This document shows positions 34,208 to 41,835 of a stretch of DNA of 41,835 nt, one piece after another (position 1 is the stretch's first letter; each line of letters begins with the position of its first letter). The notes beneath the pieces were generated by a model. That model was not told the DNA's origin. It ran no database searches and was given only the letters and a program-made list of their open reading frames with translations. Both the position numbers and the translations under genes were made by a program. The DNA comes from Nemertoderma westbladi (Eukaryota > Animalia > Xenacoelomorpha): contig JAUCBJ010000745.1 in the NCBI GenBank assembly GCA_032718475.1, positions 1 to 41,835 on the forward strand, given 5' to 3'.

Positions 34208-35701
34208 GTAAATTTACACACTTATATTATTTTGATGATAAATTTAAATATTTAGTTGATGATTAATTGTGGCATTTGTTTGTGTATGTCAGTCACAAAA
34301 TTATTGCAATTGTTAGCAGCTGCCACAACATTTTGGTATTAGTTTGTGGCTGTCACAACATTACGACAATAATTGTTTGTGACTGTCACAACATTACGAC
34401 AATAATTGTTTGTGGCTGTCACAACATTACGACAATAATTGTTTGTGACTGTCACAACATTACGACAATTGTTTGTGGCTGTCACAAAATTACGACAATT
34501 GTTTGTAGCTGTCACAACATTACGACAATTGTTTGTAGCTATCACAACATTCGGACAATTGTTTGTGGCTGTCACAACATTACGACAATTGTTTGTGGCT
34601 GTCACAAAATTACGACAATTGTTTGTAGCTGTTACAACATTACGACAATTGTTTGTAGCTATCACAACATTAGGACAATTGTTTGTGGCTGTCACAACAT
34701 TACGACAATTGTTTGTGGCTGTCACAAAATTACGACAATTGTTTGTAGCTGTCACAACATTACGACAATTGTTTGTAGCTATCACAACATTCGGACAATT
34801 GTTTGTGGCTGTCACAAAATTACTACAATTGTTTGTGGCTGTCACAACATTACGACAATTGTTTGTAGTTGTCACTACATTACGACAATTGTTTGTAGCT
34901 GTCACAACATTCATACAATTGTTTGTTGCTGTCACAACATTTGTACGATTGTTTGTTGCTGTCACAACATTTGTACGATTGTTTGTAGCTGTCACAACAT
35001 TACGAGAATTGTTTGTAGCTGTCACAACATTCATACAATTGTTTGTTGCTGTCACAACATTTGTACGATTGTTTGTGGCTGTCACAACATTACGACAATT
35101 GTTTGTAGCTGTCACAACATTCGTACAATTGTTTGTGGCTGTCACAACATTGCGACAATTGTTTGTGGCTGTCACAACATTGCGACAATTGTTTGTAGCT
35201 GTCACAACATTACGACAATTGTTTGTTGCTGTCACAACATTACGACAATTGTTTGTGGCTGTAACAACATTGCGACAATTGTTTGTGGCTGTCACAACAT
35301 TACGACAATTGTTTGTGACTGTCACAACATTACTACAATTGTTTGTAGCTGTCACAAGATTGCGACAATTGTTTGTGGCTGTCACAATATTGCGACAATT
35401 GTTTTTGGCTGTCACAACATTACGACAATTGTTTGTGGCTGTCACAACATTCGGACAATTGTTTTTGGCTGTCACAACATTACGACAATTGTTTGTGACT
35501 GTTACAACATTGCGACAATTGTTTGTGGCTGTCACAACATTCGGACAATTGTTTGTGGCAGTCCCAACATTGCGACAAATGTTTGTGGCTGTCACAACAT
35601 TCAGACAATTGTTTGTGGCTGTTACAAAATTACTACAATTGATTGTGGCTGTCACAATATTCCGAAGTTGTTTGTGACTGTCCCAACACAGTTAGTTTTA
35701 G

Positions 35702-35943
35702 CTGTACGATTTTGTGTGTGAAACTACCATAGTAAGAGGTTTGCAAGAGTTACTTTTTGCAAACCTGCAAGCATTGTTTATTAACACAATCCAATGTATC
35801 TATATTTTTTCTAGTTTAACGAAGAAATTGACGACATAACGGATAATATTCCGTTGATATTGGGTGGCTCTGATGCTCCTGATAAGCAACCGATCTGCAC
35901 AAGCGATCTTGATCTGCTCGATGAACCCACCGCTGATAAGGAG
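35702..35943 (+). CDS. Putative exon pair 35702-35731 + 35815-35943
   Basis: Same splice signals and open frame as 32231-32472. Confidence 0.6.
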
Positions 35944-37467
35944 GTAAATTTACACACTTATATTATTTTGATGATAAATTTAAATATTTAGTTGATGATT
36001 AATTGTGGCATTTGTTTGTGTATGTCAGTCACAAAATTATTGCAATTGTTAGCAGCTGCCACAACATTTTGGTATTAGTTTGTGGCTGTCACAACATTAC
36101 GACAATAATTGTTTGTGACTGTCACAACATTACGACAATAATTGTTTGTGGCTGTCACAACATTACGACAATAATTGTTTGTGACTGTCACAACATTACG
36201 ACAATTGTTTGTGGCTGTCACAAAATTACGACAATTGTTTGTAGCTGTCACAACATTACGACAATTGTTTGTAGCTATCACAACATTCGGACAATTGTTT
36301 GTGGCTGTCACAACATTACGACAATTGTTTGTGGCTGTCACAAAATTACGACAATTGTTTGTAGCTGTCACAACATTACGACAATTGTTTGTAGCTATCA
36401 CAACATTAGGACAATTGTTTGTGGCTGTCACAACATTACGACAATTGTTTGTGGCTGTCACAAAATTACGACAATTGTTTGTAGCTGTCACAACATTACG
36501 ACAATTGTTTGTAGCTATCACAACATTCGGACAATTGTTTGTGGCTGTCACAAAATTACTACAATTGTTTGTGGCTGTCACAACATTACGACAATTGTTT
36601 GTAGTTGTCACTACATTACGACAATTGTTTGTAGCTATCACAACATTCATACAATTGTTTGTAGCTGTCACAACATTCATACAATTGTTTGTTGCTGTCA
36701 CAACATTTGTACGATTGTTTGTTGCTGTCACAACATTTGTACGATTGTTTGTAGCTGTCACAACATTACGACAATTGTTTGTAGCTGTCACAACATTCAT
36801 ACAATTGTTTGTTGCTGTCACAACATTTGTACGATTGTTTGTGGCTGTCACAACATTACGACAATTGTTTGTAGCTGTCACAACATTCGTACAATTGTTT
36901 GTGGCTGTCACAACATTGCGACAATTGTTTGTGGCTGTCACAACATTGCGACAATTGTTTGTAGCTGTCACAACATTACGACAATTGTTTGTTGCTGTCA
37001 CAACATTACGACAATTGTTTGTGGCTGTAACAACATTGCGACAATTGTTTGTGGCTGTCACAACATTACGACAATTGTTTGTGACTGTCACAACATTACT
37101 ACAATTGTTTGTAGCTGTCACAAGATTGCGACAATTGTTTGTGGCTGTCACAATATTGCGACAATTGTTTTTGGCTGTCACAACATTACGACAATTGTTT
37201 GTGGCTGTCACAACATTCGGACAATTGTTTTTGGCTGTCACAACATTACGACAATTGTTTGTGACTGTTACAACATTGCGACAATTGTTTGTGGCTGTCA
37301 CAACATTCGGACAATTGTTTGTGGCAGTCCCAACATTGCGACAAATGTTTGTGGCTGTCACAACATTCAGACAATTGTTTGTGGCTGTTACAAAATTACT
37401 ACAATTGATTGTGGCTGTCACAATATTCCGAAGTTGTTTGTGACTGTCCCAACACAGTTAGTTTTAG

Positions 37468-37709
37468 CTGTACGATTTTGTGTGTGAAACTACCATAGTA
37501 AGAGGTTTGCAAGAGTTACTTTTTGCAAACCTGCAAGCATTGTTTATTAACACAATCCAATGTATCTATATTTTTTCTAGTTTAACGAAGAAATTGACGA
37601 CATAACGGATAATATTCCGTTGATATTGGGTGGCTCTGCTGCTCCTGATAAGCAACCGATCTGCACAAGCGATCTTGATCTGCTCGATGAACCCACCGCT
37701 GATAAGGAG
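37468..37709 (+). CDS. Putative exon pair 37468-37497 + 37581-37709
   Basis: Same splice signals; open frame. Confidence 0.6.
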
Positions 37710-38310
37710 GTAAATTTACACACTTATATTATTTTGATGATAAATTTAAATATTTAGTTGATGATTAATTGTGGCATTTGTTTGTGTATGTCAGTCACAA
37801 AATTATTGCAATTGTTAGCAGCTGCCACAACATTTAGGTATTAGTTTGTGGCTGTCACAACATTACGACAATAATTGTTTGTGACTGTCACAACATTACG
37901 ACAATAATTGTTTGTGGCTGTCACAACATTACGACAATAATTGTTTGTGGCTGTCACAACATTACTACAATTGTTTGTAGATGTCACAAGATTGCGATAA
38001 TTGTTTTTTGCTTTCACAACATAACGACAATAATTGTTTGTGGCTGTCACAAAATTACTACAATTGTTTGTGGCTGTCACAACATTGCGACAATTGTTTG
38101 TGGCTGTCACAACATTCGGACAATTGTTTGTGGCAGTCCCAACATTGCGACAAATGTTTGTGGCTGTCACAACATTCAGACAATTGTTTGTGGCTGTTAC
38201 AAAATTACTACAATTGATTGTGGCTGTCACAAAATTACTACAATTGATTGTGGCTGTCACAATTAATATTCCGAAGTTGTTTGTGACTGTCCCAACACAG
38301 TTAGTTTTAG

Positions 38311-38552
38311 CTGTACGATTTTGTGTGTGAAACTACCATGGTAAGAGGTTTGCAAGAGTTACTTTTTGCAAACCTGCAAGCATTGTTTATTAACACAATC
38401 CAATGTATCTATATTTTTTCTAGTTTAACGAAGAAATTGACGACATAACGGATAATATTCCGTTGATATTGGGTGGCTCTGCTGCTCCTGATAAGCAACC
38501 GATCTGCACAAGCGATCTTGATCTGTTCGATGAACCCACCGCTGATAAGGAG
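38311..38552 (+). CDS. Putative exon pair 38311-38340 + 38424-38552
   Basis: Same splice signals; LYDFVCETTM variant; open frame. Confidence 0.6.
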
Positions 38553-39986
38553 GTAAATTTACACACTTATATTATTTTGATGATAAATTTAAATATTTAG
38601 TTGGTGATTAATTGTGGCATTTGTTTGTGTATGTCAGTCACAAAATTATTGCAATTGTTAGCAGCTGCCACAACATTTTGGTATTAGTTTGTGGCTGTCA
38701 CAACATTACGACAATAATTGTTTGTGACTGTCACAACATTACGACAATAATTGTTTGTGGCTGTCACAACATTACGACAATAATTGTTTGTGACTGTCAC
38801 AACATTTCGACAATTGTTTGTGGCTGTCACAAAATTACGACAATTGCTTGTAGCTGTCACAACATTACGACAATTGTTTGTAGCTATCACAACATTCGGA
38901 CAATTGTTTGTGGCTGTCACAACATTACGACAATTGTTTGTGGCTGTCACAAAATTACGACAATTGTTTGTAGCTGTCACAACATTACGACAATTGTTTG
39001 TAGCTATCACAACATTAGGACAATTGTTTGTGGCTGTCACAACATTACGACAATTGTTTGTGGCTGTCACAAAATTACGACAATTGTTTGTAGCTGTCAC
39101 AACATTACGACAATTGTTTGTAGCTATCACAACATTCGGACAATTGTTTGTGGCTGTCACAAAATTACTACAATTGTTTGTGGCTGTCACAACATTACGA
39201 CAATTGTTTGTAGTTGTCACTACATTACGACAATTGTTTGTAGCTGTCACAACATTCATACAATTGTTTGTTGCTGTCACAACATTTGTACGATTGTTTG
39301 TTGCTTTCACAACATTTGTACGATTGTTTGTAGCTGTCACAACATTACGACAATTGTTTGTAGCTGTCACAACATTCATACAATTGTTTGTTGCTGTCAC
39401 AACATTTGTACGATTGTTTGTGGCTGTCACAACATTACGACAATTGTTTGTAGCTGTCACAACATTCGTACAATTGTTTGTGGCTGTCACAACATTGCGA
39501 CAATTGTTTGTGGCTGTCACAACATTGCGACAATTGTTTGTAGCTGTCACAACATTACGACAATTGTTTGTTGCTGTCACAACATTACGACAATTGTTTG
39601 TGGCTGTAACAACATTGCGACAATTGTTTGTGGCTGTCACAACATTACGACAATTGTTTGTGACTGTCACAACATTACTACAATTGTTTGTAGCTGTCAC
39701 AAGATTGCGACAATTGTTTGTGGCTGTCACAATATTGCGACAATTGTTTTTGGCTGTCACAACATTACGACAATTGTTTGTGGCTGTCACAACATTCGGA
39801 CAATTGTTTTTGGCTGTCACAACATTACGACAATTGTTTGTGGCAGTCCCAACATTGCGACAATTGTTTGTGGCTGTCACAACATTCAGACAATTGTTTG
39901 TGGCTGTTACAAAATTACTACAATTGATTGTGGCTGTCACAATATTCCGAAGTTGTTTGTGACTGTCCCAACACAGTTAGTTTTAG

Positions 39987-40226
39987 CTGTACGATTTTGT
40001 GTGTGAAACTACCATAGTAAGAGGTTTGCAAGAGTTACTTTTTGCAAACCTGCAAGCATTGTTTAAACACAATCCAATGTATCTATATTTTTTCTAGTTT
40101 AACGAAGAAATTGACGACATAACGGATAATATTCCGTTGATATTGGGTGGCTCTGCTGCTCCTGATAAGCAACCGATCTGCACAAGCGATCTTGATCTGC
40201 TCGATGAACCCACCGCTGATAAGAAG
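39987..40226 (+). CDS. Putative exon pair 39987-40016 + 40098-40226
   Basis: Same splice signals; short intron is 81 nt; ends ...ADKK. Confidence 0.58.
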
Positions 40227-41139
40227 GTAAATTTACACACTTATATTATTTTGATGATAAATTTAAATATTTAGTTGATGATTAATTGTGGCATTTGTTT
40301 GTGTATGTCAGTCACAAAATTATTGCAATTGTTAGCAGCTGCCACAACATTTAGGTATTAGTTTGTGGCTGTCATAACATTACGACAATAATTGTTTGTG
40401 ACTGTCACAACATTACGACAATAATTGTTTGTGGCTGTCACAACATTACGACAATAATTGTTTGTGGCTGTCACAACATTACTACAATTGTTTGTAGCTG
40501 TCACAAGATTGCGATAATTGTTTTTTGCTTTCACAACATAACGACAATAATTGTTTGTGGCTGTCACAAAATTACTACAATTGTTTGTGGCTGTCACAAC
40601 ATTGCGACAATTGTTTGTAGCTGTCACAACATTACGAAAATTGTTTGTAGTTGTCACTACATTACGACAATTGTTTGTAGCTGTCACAACATTACGACAA
40701 TAATTGTTTGTGACTGTCACAACATTACGACAATAATTGTTTGTGGCTGTCACAACATTACGACAATAATTGTTTGTGGCTGTCACAACATTACTACAAT
40801 TGTTTGTAGCTGTCACAAGATTGCGATAATTGTTTTTTGCTTTCACAACATAACGACAATAATTGTTTGTGGCTGTCACAAAATTACTACAATTGTTTGT
40901 GGCTGTCACAACATTGCGACAATTGTTTGTGGCTGTCACAACATTCGGACAATTGTTTGTGGCAGTCCCAACATTGCGACAAATGTTTGTGGCTGTCACA
41001 ACATTCAGACAATTGTTTGTGGCTGTTACAAAATTACTACAATTGATTGTGGCTGTCACAAAATTACTACAATTGATTGTGGCTGTCACAATTAATATTC
41101 CGAAGTTGTTTGTGACTGTCCCAACACAGTTAGTTTTAG

Positions 41140-41381
41140 CTGTACGATTTTGTGTGTGAAACTACCATGGTAAGAGGTTTGCAAGAGTTACTTTTTGCAA
41201 ACCTGCAAGCATTGTTTATTAACACAATCCAATGTATCTATATTTTTTCTAGTTTAACGAAGAAATTGACGACATAACGGATAATATTCCGTTGATGTTG
41301 GGTGGCTCTGCTGCTCCTGATAAGCAACCGATCTGCACAAGCGATCTTGATCTGTTCGATGAACCCACCGCTGATAAGGAG
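41140..41381 (+). CDS. Putative exon pair 41140-41169 + 41253-41381
   Basis: Same splice signals; PLMLGG variant; open frame. Confidence 0.58.
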
Positions 41382-41835
41382 GTAAATTTACACACTTATA
41401 TTATTTTGATGATAAATTTAAATATTTAGTTGGTGATTAATTGTGGCATTTGTTTGTGTATGTCAGTCACAAAATTATTGCAATTGTTAGCAGCTGCCAC
41501 AACATTTTGGTATTAGTTTGTGGCTGTCACAACATTACGACAATAATTGTTTGTGACTGTCACAACATTACGACAATAATTGTTTGTGGCTGTCACAACA
41601 TTACGACAATAATTGTTTGTGACTGTCACAACATTTCGACAATTGTTTGTGGCTGTCACAAAATTACGACAATTGTTTGTAGCTGTCACAACATTACGAC
41701 AATTGTTTGTAGCTATCACAACATTCGGACAATTGTTTGTGGCTGTCACAACATTACGACAATTGTTTGTGGCTGTCACAAAATTACGACAATTGTTTGT
41801 AGCTGTCACAACATTACGACAATTGTTTGTAGCTA

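Larger units (their letters stand above)
28958..41835 (+). repeat. Macrosatellite: at least 9 units, each a ~400-bp unique spacer plus a 30-bp minisatellite block; runs off the window end
   Basis: Successive unit lengths 1735, 1735-1736, 1735-1736, 1735-1736, 1766, 843, 1674 and 1155 bp; spacers near-identical. Confidence 0.98.

Noticed and set aside
29061-41809. 400-490 aa ORFs over the minisatellite blocks as genes
   Set aside because: Three overlapping frames are open simply because a stop-free 30-bp unit repeats; starts are TTG/GTG; the Cys/His frame is broken by TAG in two units.
28958-41835. CRISPR array
   Set aside because: The 30-bp repeats are contiguous with no unique spacers; eukaryotic context; no cas genes.

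Overview
AT-rich animal (invertebrate-like) nuclear DNA, almost entirely pseudogenes, nested transposons and a tandem array; no prokaryotic features. 1-3.6 kb: six minus-strand exons of a GLIS1/3-type zinc-finger gene with an in-frame stop and 1-bp frameshifts. 4.4-13.9 kb: a decayed AcademX-like DNA transposon (long inverted arms around an XPG-like nuclease remnant). Its right arm is split, with a perfect 10-bp target duplication, by a 5.7-kb CRE-clade non-LTR retrotransposon whose polyprotein begins with an intact-looking Ulp1/SENP protease domain. 15.8-19.8 kb: foldback/MITE-like repeats and a disabled 10-Cys Ly6/three-finger exon. 20.1-22.6 kb: a young CsRn1-type Gypsy element (near-identical LTRs, PBS, PPT, TSD) whose protease-RT-RNaseH block is replaced by an antisense fragment of the host gene NDUFA10. 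22.8-29.0 kb: RTE, LINE-tail and Gypsy pol remnants, all on the minus strand. 29.0 kb to end: a 0.8-1.8 kb macrosatellite. Each unit holds a 30-bp minisatellite plus a hidden 30-nt and 129-nt phase-0 exon pair that would splice into a 53-aa acidic repeat. The long ORFs over the minisatellite are probably spurious. All family assignments come from motif recall, not database searches.
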